Source: Octopus sinensis
Lineage: Eukaryota
Assembly (NCBI RefSeq): GCF_006345805.1
Contig: NC_043019.1
Location: forward strand, 13,515,360 to 13,579,359
Direction: 5' to 3'
DNA length: 64,000 bases
The notes below the pieces were generated by a model, which saw only the letters and a program-made list of their open reading frames with translations, was not told the origin of the DNA and did not search any database. Both the position numbers and the translations under genes were made by a program. Every line of letters begins with the position of its first letter. Positions within the stretch are counted from its first letter, which is position 1. Shown here piece after piece: positions 53,595 through 64,000 of this stretch.

Positions 53595-54385
53595 TATATA
53601 ACGTGTGTGTGTACACACATACACACACAAAGATGAATAAATAATAATGATAAACAAGAAATTCAGTTATAAGCTGTTTTGGGTGGGGAGGGCATTATTT
53701 AATCTTCTTATAAATCAGGGTCTTGTTGTTGTTGTTGTTCACCATGTCTACCAATACTACCACCGCCACTGCCTCCATCACCACCACCAATGCCATCTCT
53801 TCCATCTCCCCCACCAGCACATCCCACCACCAACACCATCTCAACCACCACCATCACCTCCCTCACCAGCACACCACCGCCACCTCCATCGCATCCACTG
53901 CCCCCCCGCCCCCCCACCACCACCACCATTATTACATGGTCACTATGTATCCTAAATCTTTTACTTAAGTCTTCAACAAACTGGGAACACGTAACTGAAT
54001 CTCTTGGGGAGGGCCCAGTTTTTTTCCCCCCTTCGAGTGAAACCCAGCAACATCCTCTCTCACCATCCTTCTTCATCTCTCCTCCATTTACTTGTCTTCA
54101 TCTCTCCTTTCCATTTCTTGTCTTCACTCTCTCTCTCTCTCTCTCCATCTCATTTCCCTCCTCCTCTCTCTCCCTCCTCCTCTCTCTCCATCTTTCTTCT
54201 CTGCCTCTCTTCTTCCCTTATTCTTTTACCAAATTTCCCTGTCTTTAGATCCACCTTTTAACATCCTTTCCCTCGTTTCTTTCTTTCACCTTTATTTCAT
54301 TCTGCTTTCTACTCTCTTCTTCCTTTTCTTTCTCAGTTGTTGTTGTTGTTCTTCTTCTTCTTCTTCAATTTTCCTCCTGGTCCTC

Positions 54386-54622
54386 ATTATTATTATTACT
54401 ACTACTACTACTATACTACTACTACTACTACTACTATTACTACTATTATTATTATTATTATCATTATTATTATTATCGTTATTATTATTATTATTATTAT
54501 TATCATTATTATTATTATTATTATTATTATCATCATCATTATTATCATTTATATTATTATTATTATTATTATCATTATTATTATCATCATCATTATTATT
54601 ATTATCATCATTATTATCATCA

Positions 54623-54656
<34 letters not shown>

Positions 54657-54713
54657 CATCATCATCATTATTATTATTATTATTATTATTATATCATCAT
54701 TATTATCATCATC

Positions 54714-54752
<39 letters not shown>

Positions 54753-54823
54753 CATCATCATCATCATTATTATTATTATATTATTATTTTATTATTATTA
54801 TTATTATCATCATTATCATCATT

Positions 54824-54855
<32 letters not shown>

Positions 54856-54896
54856 TATTATTATTATTATTATTATTATCATCATTATTATCATCA

Positions 54897-54930
<34 letters not shown>

Positions 54931-54950
54931 CATCATTATTATCATCATCA

Positions 54951-54981
<31 letters not shown>

Positions 54982-55040
54982 CATCATTATTATCATCATC
55001 ATCACATCATTATTATTATCATTATTATTATTATTATTGT
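54386..55040. repeat. (ATT)n/(ATC)n repeat, ~650 bp
   Basis: Direct reading; source of the poly-I/L/Y/H ORFs in the track. Confidence 0.97.
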
Positions 55041-55044
55041 GGTG

Positions 55045-55420
55045 GCAAGCTGGCAGAATCCTTAGCTAGCTGGACGAAAGGCTTCAGGTATTTCACCTGT
55101 CGCTACATTCCGAGTTCAAATTCTTCCAAGGTTGATTTTGCCTTTCATCCTTTCAGGGGAGTTGATAAATTAAGTGCCAGTGAAACACTGGGGTCAGTGT
55201 AATTGACTAGTGCCCTCCCCCACAAATTTCAGGCCTTGTGGCTTTAGTATTTCGTCTGCCGTTACGTTCTGAGTTCAAATTCCGCCGAGGTCAACTTTGC
55301 CTTTCATCCTTTTAAATAAGTACCAGTTAATCACTAGCGTCGATGTAATCGACTTGATCCCCTTGCCTGTCCTTGTTTGTCCCCCACTATGTTTAGCCCC
55401 CTGTGGGCAATAAAGAAATG
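55045..55420 (+). mobile_element. Two tandem SINE-B units (tail type 2, then headless tail type 1)
   Basis: The second unit starts at gtatttcgtctgcc (about 55247). Confidence 0.8.
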
Positions 55421-55592
55421 AATTATTATTATTATTGAGTGAGAGAGCAGTGCATGCCATCAAAGTGACACTGGGGTAAAATATATGAAGCCCAGTATAC
55501 CCATCATGACTACCCGTCTGATAAGGGTACACTAGGCACATGCATCACAACCATATGTGTGCAACATATATGCAATATATATATATATATAT

Positions 55593-55892
55593 ATCACGTG
55601 ATCGACCAGTCCATCAGATGTAGTTACACATCGCTGGTCGCAATGCGTTCGCATTGTTTTAGCCTTCGAATGACGCCACCCCGCTGGCGAAGCGAGCAGG
55701 CCAACAGAAGAAAGAGTGGGAGAAAGAGTGGTGAAAGAGTACAGCAGGGATCACCACCACCCCCTGCCGGAGCCTCGTGGATCTTTTAGGTGTTTTCGCT
55801 CAATAAACACACACAATGCCCGGTCTGGGAATCGAAACCGCGATCCTACGACCGCGAGTCTGCTGCCCTAACCACTGGGCCATTGCGCCTCC
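55593..55892 (-). mobile_element. SINE-C, tail type 2
   Basis: Reverse complement of the 10004-10312 type. Confidence 0.9.
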
Positions 55893-55894
55893 AC

Positions 55895-55962
<68 letters not shown>

Positions 55963-56782
55963 AACACAATGGATTTCTTCCAATTTGCATCTACCAAATC
56001 TTGTTCCAAGACTTTGGTCAGCTCAGGGTTAAAGAAGACAACGCTCACCCAAGGTTCCATGCAATGAAACTGAACCCAAGACCATAGAATTCGGAAACAA
56101 GCTCCATACCCACACGCCCACGTCTGCGCTTCTGATAAAGCGAAATTGTAAAGTTGTTGACTAAACAGAACTTGACAAGCTTTAGACAATCTGGGTTCTG
56201 CACATTGTGTTTCGAGGCAATGCTGGTGGCCATTCCTATTAGACCGACTGACTGGGTCTGGCACTGCAGCAAGCTTCAACAGGGGCTACTACCCACCTCC
56301 TCTTCCACCTCCTCCTCTGCCTCTTATCTGTCTTATGTGATCTGCCTTAGAAACCCAGCTAGGAAACCCAAATTCGTGTGTTCACTGCACCAGCTGTTCT
56401 GTAAGTTTTGACAGCAGGTCAAAGGTGAACCCTGCATTCATTCATATAGCAAAATTTGTGTGGGAGATTCTGATGTTTGGAGGCTGTGATGGCTGATGTT
56501 GTCGGTGGTGGTGGTGGTGGCTGCAGTGGCGGTGGCTGTTGTTGTTGTTAGATTGATGGCGGTGGTGTTGGTGGTGATAATTGTCCCTTCTATCTTCATG
56601 ATGATAGTCGAGTCTTCTGGTGGTGTGGTTCCCTTCATGCGGTCGCAGTAGTCGAGTCTTCAAGTGTAGGAAGCGTTGGTCCTGCAATGGTGCTGGTGGT
56701 GGTGGTGATGGCACTGAGGATGTTGGTGATGGCGCTGGGGTTGTTGATGATGGTGGTGGTGGTGTTCCCATCATATATATAT

Positions 56783-57014
56783 AAGGCGGCGAGCTGGCAG
56801 AACCGTTAGCACGCCGAGCGAAATGCGTAGCCGTATTTTGTCTGCCGTTACGTTCCGAGTTCAAATTCCGCCGAGGTCGACTTTGCCTTTCATCCTTTCA
56901 GGGTCGATAAATTAAGTACCAGTTACGCACTGGGGTCGATGTAATCGACTTAATCCGTTTGTCTGTCCTTGTTTGTCCCCACTATGTTTTTAGCCCCTTG
57001 TGGGTAATAAAGAA
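56783..57014 (+). mobile_element. SINE-B, full length, young-looking
   Basis: CpGs are retained; close to the in-window consensus. Confidence 0.92.
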
Positions 57015-57728
57015 ACATATATGTGTGTGTGTGTGTATTTAAGGCTGTATGGATAAAACAACACGATGGTAGGATCATGGTTAAGATGCACACTTTGCAA
57101 CACCATGATTTCAGGTTCAGTCCCACTGCATGATACCTTGGGCAAGTAGTTCATTTTATCTATCTTTAAGCCCTGCATGTTCCAACAAGGAAGATAAACA
57201 GGTGGGGTAGGAACAGTAGCGACCCTTTATTTGTTATTGTAGCTGAAATGATGTTTGATAAAGCAGGGATTGGGTTTTCTGGGGCAGGAGTGGGTGGGGC
57301 ATCACATTTACACTCCACCCCCAGTTTACCCCACTCCCTTTTAGGTTTGTTTTGTTTTTGTTTTTCACTTGTGGACCCTTCTCTTCTAACCCCAGCTGAG
57401 AAACCACATCCTAAACAGCTGTGTGCACTACTTTTGCCACTGGGCTCAGTAAACTGACCCCATTTTATTGTTCTTTGTTTTGTTGGGGTTTTTGTTTTTC
57501 ATATTGTTATATTGTTGCATTTCTTTGAATGTATGGGGGGTGTATGTATATGTTTATATATGTGTGTGTGTATGTATATGTATGTGTGTATATATATATA
57601 TGTGTGTGTGTGTATGGTTTGTATATGTGTGTTTCTGTATATATATGTATGTATGTAAGTAAATGTGAATTTGTAGATTTATGTGTATATATATACAACA
57701 GGCTTCTCTCATTTTATATATATATAGT

Positions 57729-58094
57729 GGAGGCACAATGGCCCAGTGGTTAGAGCAGCGGCCTTGTGGTTTCGATTCCCAGACCGGGCGTTGTGAGTGT
57801 TTATTGAGCGAAAACACCTAAGGCTCCACAAGGCTCCATCAGGGTGTGGTGATGAACCCTGCTGTACCCTTTAACCACAACTTTCTCTCACTCTTTCTTC
57901 CTGTTTCTCTTGTACCTGTATTTAAGAGGAGCCAGCCTTGCCACATTCTATGTCACACTAAATCTCCCCAAGAACTACATTAAGGGTACATGTGTCTGTG
58001 GAGTGCTCAGCCACTTGCTCGTAAATTTCACAAGCAGGCTGTTCCGTTGATCGGATCAACTGGAACCCTCGTCGTTGTAACCGACGGAGTACCA
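57729..58094 (+). mobile_element. SINE-C, tail type 1
   Basis: Same as 24854-25233 on the plus strand; followed by a SINE-A 3' half (58131-58300). Confidence 0.85.
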
Positions 58095-58465
58095 TGATAT
58101 AAATATATTTCTATTTGTGGGTCTATGTTTGTCCCCCCGACCAATGTTGGTGTGTTTAAGTCCCCGTAATTTAGCGATTTGGCAAAAGAGACTAACAGAA
58201 TAAGTAATCGGCTTACAAAGAATAAGTCCTGGGGTTGATGAGGACATGCGGTGCTCCAGCATGGCCGCAATCAAATGACTGAAACAAGTAAAGGAAAGAA
58301 AATATGAATAATACATTAGTTGTTTAAGTTCGTGTTTGGGCATGCGGCAACGTACACATGTTTGTACAAGAGTAATCTACATGTGTGTGCATGCATGCAT
58401 AAGTGTGTGCTTATATAATATTTTATATATGCATAATATAAATAATATATGCATATATATATATT

Positions 58466-58739
58466 GCCAGCCTCGCCTGGCCCTCGTGCCGGTGGCACAT
58501 AAAAAGCACCATCCGTTCGTGGCCGTTTGCCAGCTCTGTCTGGCACCAGTGCCGGTGTCACGTAAAAAGCACCCACTACACTCACGGAGTGGTTGGCGTT
58601 AGGAAGGGCATCCAGCTGTAGAAACACTGTCAGATCAGACTGGAGCCTGGTGTAGCCTCCTGGCTTCACAGACCCCAGTAGAACCGTCCAACCCATGCTA
58701 GCATGGAAAACGGACGCTAAATGATGATGATGATGATGA

Positions 58740-58779
<40 letters not shown>

Positions 58780-59017
58780 TCATCATCATCGTTTGACGTC
58801 CATTTTCCATGCTAGCATGGGTTGGACGGTTAAACTGGGTTCTGGGAAGCCAGGAGGCTACACCAGGCTCCAGTCTGATCTGACAGTGTTTCTACAGCTG
58901 GATGCCCTTCCTAACGCCAACCACTCCGTGAGTGTAGTGGGTGCTTTTTACGTGACACCGGCACAGGTAGCGGGGGAGGCTGGCAACGGCAAGATCGGTT
59001 GGTGCTTTTTACGTGCC
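58466..59017. mobile_element. Tail-to-tail inverted pair of family D copies (58466-58743 plus, 58778-59017 minus)
   Basis: The copies are separated only by (AT)n and form a roughly 415-bp palindrome. Confidence 0.92.
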
Positions 59018-59499
59018 AAATAATATATGCATATATACATTCATATATGTACATACTTACATATACATGTATATACATGTGCATATATGGGCACAGGACG
59101 TCACAGAACGTAAACAACATGAAATACGAAATACATAAACCTGGAATACAAACTTTTTTTTTTTTTTGCGAACAACGAATGAAACAAATGGTAAACAAAA
59201 TAAACAACATAAAGAGCGACCCTATGTATTTACATATATTTGAATATTTGTTGTGTAAGTTTGTTTGTCTACATAGCTTTCTGGGTATGTGTCTGTGTGC
59301 ATTTGTATATGTGTGTGCGTTCATGTGTGTGTGTGTGTGTGTGTGTGTGTGACAGCTCTGGGGTTTTTTGTTGTCTGCCCCCTAAAACATGACACAATGT
59401 ATTAAATATTGAGTGTGATGAAAGCCAGGGCCTGGGAAAAAGGGTTTAATGTGAAGAAGGGCTGAGCAGCGACTTGGGAGATATAACTGTTACCGAAGA

Positions 59500-59910
59500 T
59501 TTGATGTTGCCAGTGGCGGTGATGGAGGTGGCAGAGACAGCTGCAGTGTGATGGTGGCGGCTTTGATGGTGGTGGTGGTGGTGGTGGTGGTGGTGGCTGC
59601 GGGGGTGGGGTTTGATAGTAGTTGTGGTGGTGGTGGTGGCTGCGGGGGGGTTTTGATAGTAGTTGTGGTGGTGGTGGTGGTGGTGGTGGTGGTGGCTGCG
59701 GGGGTGGGGTTTGATAGTAGTTGTGGTGGGGGGGGTTTTGATAGTAGTTGTGGTGGTCGTGATGGTGGTGGTGGTGGCTGCGGGGATGGGGTTTGATAGT
59801 AGTTGTGGTGGTGGTGGTGGCTGCGGGGGGGTTTTGATAGTAGTTGTGGTGGTGGTGGTGGTCGTCGTGATGGTGGTGGTGGTGGTGGTGGTGGTGGTGG
59901 TGGTGGTCGT
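59500..59910. repeat. (GGT)n compound repeat with recurring ggctgcggggg..gtttgatagtagttgt unit
   Basis: Direct reading; about 5-6 units. Confidence 0.9.
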
Positions 59911-60299
59911 GATGGTGACAATGACGAAGCTATAGTAATGGTAGTGATGGTGTTGCTGCTGCTGTTGATGATGATGATGATGATTTCAGGAGAGTGGTGG
60001 TGGTGGTGGTGGTGTAAATTTGTGATAATGGTGGTGATAGTGCTGATGATGAGGATGATGATGATGATGAATGTCCCCTTAGGATTGAATTAATTGCAGG
60101 GACAGGATAATGTATTCTACAAAGAGAGAGAAGAGAAGAGATATTTTTGCTGTGTCTTCAGAATTCCTCCCTTAATGCTTTATTGGTGGTTCGGGCAGGT
60201 TGGGTGGGGTGAGTCCCCCCCAAACTTCCTCTATCTCACCCCAAAGTAAAGTGGGTGTTGCCTTCAGGGTGATTGTTGTTGTTGTTGCTGTTGGTGATG

Positions 60300-60474
60300 A
60301 TAAGGTGACAGGTTGGCAGAATTATTGGCATCTCATACAAAACTCTTGGCGCCATTTCACTTTTTGGGGGTCAATAAATTAAGTACCTGTGAAATACTGG
60401 GGCCCCCCCCCCCCCGATGTAATTGTAGTCTCCCTCCCCCTGAAATTTCAGACCTTGTGTCTATAACAGAAAGG

Positions 60475-60480
<6 letters not shown>
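60300..60480 (+). mobile_element. SINE-B, tail type 2, diverged
   Basis: Core ggtcaataaattaagtacc plus type 2 tail. Confidence 0.65.
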
Positions 60481-60510
<30 letters not shown>

Positions 60511-61100
60511 GTTATTATTATTCATTTAACGTCCGCTTTCCCTGCTAGCATGGGTTGGATGATTTGACTGAGGACTGGTGAACCAGATGGCTGCACCAGG
60601 CTCTAATCTTATTATTATTATCATTATTATTACTTTTTTTTTCTTCTTTCAAACTTTGCTTCCATTTCTTGCCGAGTGTCTTCCTGACTCCTAGGGCAAA
60701 GAAACTCATAGTATACATTGGTAGGCCATTAAACCAAACTCAATAGTTCGTTCATTTTTTTTTTTTTTTTTAAGTTGAATTAAAATACATAAGCATTATT
60801 ATTATTATTATTATTTGCTATCGTTGTTTGGAAAATCTGGTAATCTATGTTCATCACCTTCTCTTAAGAAATCTTTGCTTCTCTCAAATTTCCTTTTCCA
60901 TCTTCCCTCCTGGCTGCCAACAGCAGTTTAGATAACAATTCCCTTGTCAGATTTAGTTTTTAGGTCTGTGAGATTTTTCATTGGACTCTTTCCTTTTTTT
61001 CAACATCATTTGTTGTTGCCATTCTTGTTGTTGTTGTTGTTGTTCTTGCTGTTATTGTTTGTCTCTCTAACAAACCAGATTAACTGACTGAATGAATGAA

Positions 61101-61137
<37 letters not shown>

Positions 61138-61159
61138 TAATTGAACCAATCCTATGACT

Positions 61160-61574
61160 AGCACCTGGCAGATGCCTGGGCCCTGGGACTGGAGGTACGT
61201 AAAAAGCACTATCCGAATTGTGGCCGATGCCAGCACCGCCTCGACTGGCTTCCGTGTCGGTGGCACGTAAAAAGCACCATCCGAATCGTAGCTGAAGCCA
61301 GTGTCGCCTTGACTGGCTTCCATAAAATGCACCAATCCAACTGTGGCCATTGCCAGCCTCGCCTGGCCCCTGTGCTGGTGGCACGTAAAAAGCACCCACT
61401 ACACTCACGGAGTGGTTGGCGTTAGGAAGGGCATCCAGCTGTAGAAACATTGCCAGATAAGACTGGAGCCTGGTGCAGCCTTCTGGCTTCCCAGATCCCC
61501 GGTCGAACCGTCCAACCCATGCTAGCATGGAGAACGGACGTTAAACGATGATGATGATGATGATGATGATGATG
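61160..61574 (+). mobile_element. Family D
   Basis: Subrepeats, 3' motif and (GAT)n tail. Confidence 0.88.
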
Positions 61575-61578
61575 AATA

Positions 61579-62128
61579 ATGCAGTACCAGGTGGTGGCTC
61601 TCATGGCTTCTGATCTTAACTGACTGGAAGTGTTATCATGTACACTGTTTTGTCTTGGTATAAAAGATGGGCTACAGCAAATATTCTGCTCAATACCACA
61701 GATTTGCTTGTCAGTTGTTTGACCTTAACCAGTTGAGCATGTCCCTTAGTGGCTGACGATATGTGCATCTCTGATCACGAGCAGAAGTAGTGGGGGAGCA
61801 TCATAGCCATGTGTTGAGAGGGATTCTTTGGGGTTTGAATAGTTCACCTCTGGAAACATGGGTGTTTCGTTCAACATAGTTAAACAACCCTTATTTAGGG
61901 ACCTTTTGAGCGGGATGGGCTACTCGACCAGAAGAAAATTCTAACTGGGCCCCACCCGCAAGGTCATGCGCTGTTTATCTTGATGTGAGATCACCATGTC
62001 GCGCACATATGGTTGTGATGCATGTGCTTGGTGTACCCTTATCAGATGGGTAGTCACGATGGGTTTACTGGGCTTCGTATATTTTACCCCAGTGTCACTT
62101 TGATGGCATGTACTGCTCTCTCACTCAA
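61579..62128 (+). mobile_element. Family F
   Basis: atgcagtaccagg...gctctctcactcaa then an AAT-type tail. Confidence 0.85.
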
Positions 62129-62649
62129 TGATAATAATAATAATAATAATATTAATAATAATGACAGTAACAAGCATTAACAAATCAAAAACAACCACAT
62201 TGCAAATGAAACATAGGAGCAAAAATATTTAAACCACATTGTATCCTATAAAACAGGTTGTTGTTATTATCATCATCATCGTCATCGTTATCAATAAGGT
62301 GATGAGCTGGTGGAATCATTACCATGCTGGATGAAATGCTGTTAAGTATTTCATCTATTGCTACGTTTTGAGTTCAAATTCTGTCGAGGTGAACTTTGCC
62401 TTTCATCCTTTCAGGGTCAATAAATTAAGCGCTAGTGAATTACTGGGGTCGTTGTAATCAACTAGTCTCCTCATTTCCACCAAACGCCTTGTACCTTTGG
62501 TAGAAAGTATTATTATTATCATCATTATTATTATTCTTAGTTGTAGTAGCAGCAGCAGCAGCATTGTTTCTTATGAGCCAGTTCAGCTGATTGGATACTA
62601 CTACTACTAATAATAATTATAATGATGCTGATAATGATGATAATGGTTT

Positions 62650-62855
62650 CAAATTTTGCTGGGGTCAAGGATGGGTCAGTTACATTGACCCCCCCCCTCC
62701 CCAGTGTTCAACTGGTTCCTATTTTATCAACCCCGAAAGGGTGAAAGGCAAAGTTTGACCTCTGTGGAATTTGAACTCGGAACAACATAGCGATGGGTGA
62801 AATACGGGTAAGCGTTTCATCCAGCACGCTAACGATTCTGCCAGCTCGCCGCCTT
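62650..62855 (-). mobile_element. SINE-B, diverged
   Basis: ...ccagctcgccgcctt head at about 62855. Confidence 0.75.
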
Positions 62856-63337
62856 ATGTAATAACGATAATAATGATGCTGACGACGATGATGATGATGA
62901 TGTTGGTAACGTTATCAACAACAACAACAACAACAGGAATGCCCACACTGCAAATGAAACGCAGAAAAGACAAAAAAAAAAGCGTTTCAGTCACATCATA
63001 TTTTATTAAAACCAGTTTTTAACCCAAAGAAAGTGCAATATGTCGCAGATTAAATTTTGAGCATGAACGGAATCAAATGAACTTTGTTTTACCACTCTGC
63101 AATTTCTCCTCTTTTTTTTTCCTTATTTTTTTTATATTTCTCATTTGCCATTTCATTTTATTCCTGTTTCTTGGCCTTTTTTTAATATTTTGTAGTCATT
63201 TTCCAGGTTTAGTTTGTTTGTTTTTGCTTTCCATGACGACTTCTGAAATAATCTTGCAAGCTTCCGTATGTTTTTATAGCAATGAGGCAATCAGATTTAT
63301 TGCAGTTATTGCCATCCATACTTATTGTGTCCTGCCT

Positions 63338-63597
63338 TGCTAAGTGACAGGGACGTAAACACACCAGCATCAGTTGTCAAGCAATGCTAGGGGGACAAAC
63401 ACAGACACACAAACATATACACACACATATATACGACGGGCTTCTTTCAGTTTCCGTCTACCAAATCCATTCACAAGGCATTGGTCGGCCCTAGACTATA
63501 GCAGATGACACTTGCCCAAGGTGCCACGCAGTGGGACTGAACCCAGAACCATGTGGTTGGTAAGCAAGCTACTTACCACACAGCCACTCCTGCGCCT
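63338..63597 (-). mobile_element. SINE-A, 3' truncated
   Basis: Head ...cagccactcctgcgcct at 63597. Confidence 0.85.
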
Positions 63598-63628
63598 ATA
63601 TGTAAACATATGTAGATATATGTATCAA

Positions 63629-63661
<33 letters not shown>

Positions 63662-64000
63662 GATTTGTGTATGTATGAGTGTTGACTACTGTATGTTTGT
63701 GCGTGTGCATATCTACTCATAAGTACCTTTACTGCTATAAAGCCACGCACCACACTCTTCTCTCCTGCAAACGCATCTATAAAATCTTGTTTACCAGCAG
63801 GATACTTTCGAATCAATGACCCTCGACCCGTGTTGCCTGAGAGCTACGTTTAGGAAAATACCCCCACCCCTACCACCATACATACGCACACTCGAAGATT
63901 GTGCAAGTGCATGTGTGCATTTGGGTGTACCTACTATGTCATTCATCATGCATTGTCAGTTGCACTGAGTGGGGGGGGGACTGGTTTCGCAGCAACGTTA

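Noticed and set aside
54092-55069. Longest ORFs (325 and 242 aa)
   Set aside because: They are pure (ATT/ATC)n repeat.
63724-63846. Minus-strand open frame LSGNTGRGSLIRKYPAGKQDFIDAFAGEKSVVRGFIAVK as an exon
   Set aside because: No recognisable homology, weak splice signals, and short enough to be chance.
47100-64000. Next EXT1 exon (expected roughly VPxxVRSI...LRQQTQFLW..YF)
   Set aside because: Not found by eye in the unique segments; it is probably beyond the window. tBLASTn with EXT1 would settle this.

Overview
Eukaryotic, repeat-saturated genomic DNA, most likely from an octopus or other coleoid cephalopod. That assignment is inferred from the style of the tRNA-derived SINEs and the extreme (TA)n/(CA)n/(ATC)n microsatellite load; it was not checked against a database. 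The only convincing host coding sequence is one 127-bp internal exon of an exostosin-1 (EXT1/tout-velu) gene at 46266-46392 (+), so most of the window is probably EXT1 intron. The rest is several SINE families, 3' stubs of RTE- and CR1-type LINEs, a Helentron-associated (HINE-like) element, MITE-like foldbacks, minisatellites and microsatellites. Almost all ORFs in the supplied track are microsatellite translation artefacts. I found no prokaryotic-type system (no CRISPR, operon or defence locus) and no clearly new multi-gene system. The most interesting hidden signals are: (1) a type I hammerhead ribozyme fold with an intact core at 22901-22989, sense to EXT1, in a repeat that appears to have inverted termini; (2) two decayed minimal hammerheads of a second Penelope-like family; (3) a SINE palindrome at 58.5-59.0 kb showing apparent arm-to-arm gene conversion; (4) a LINE-like remnant with three C2H2 fingers; (5) an EXT1 acceptor 19 nt upstream of the human exon-3 boundary. 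Repeat boundaries are read by eye (about +/-10-20 bp unless a TSD is given), and family labels A-F are my own working names.
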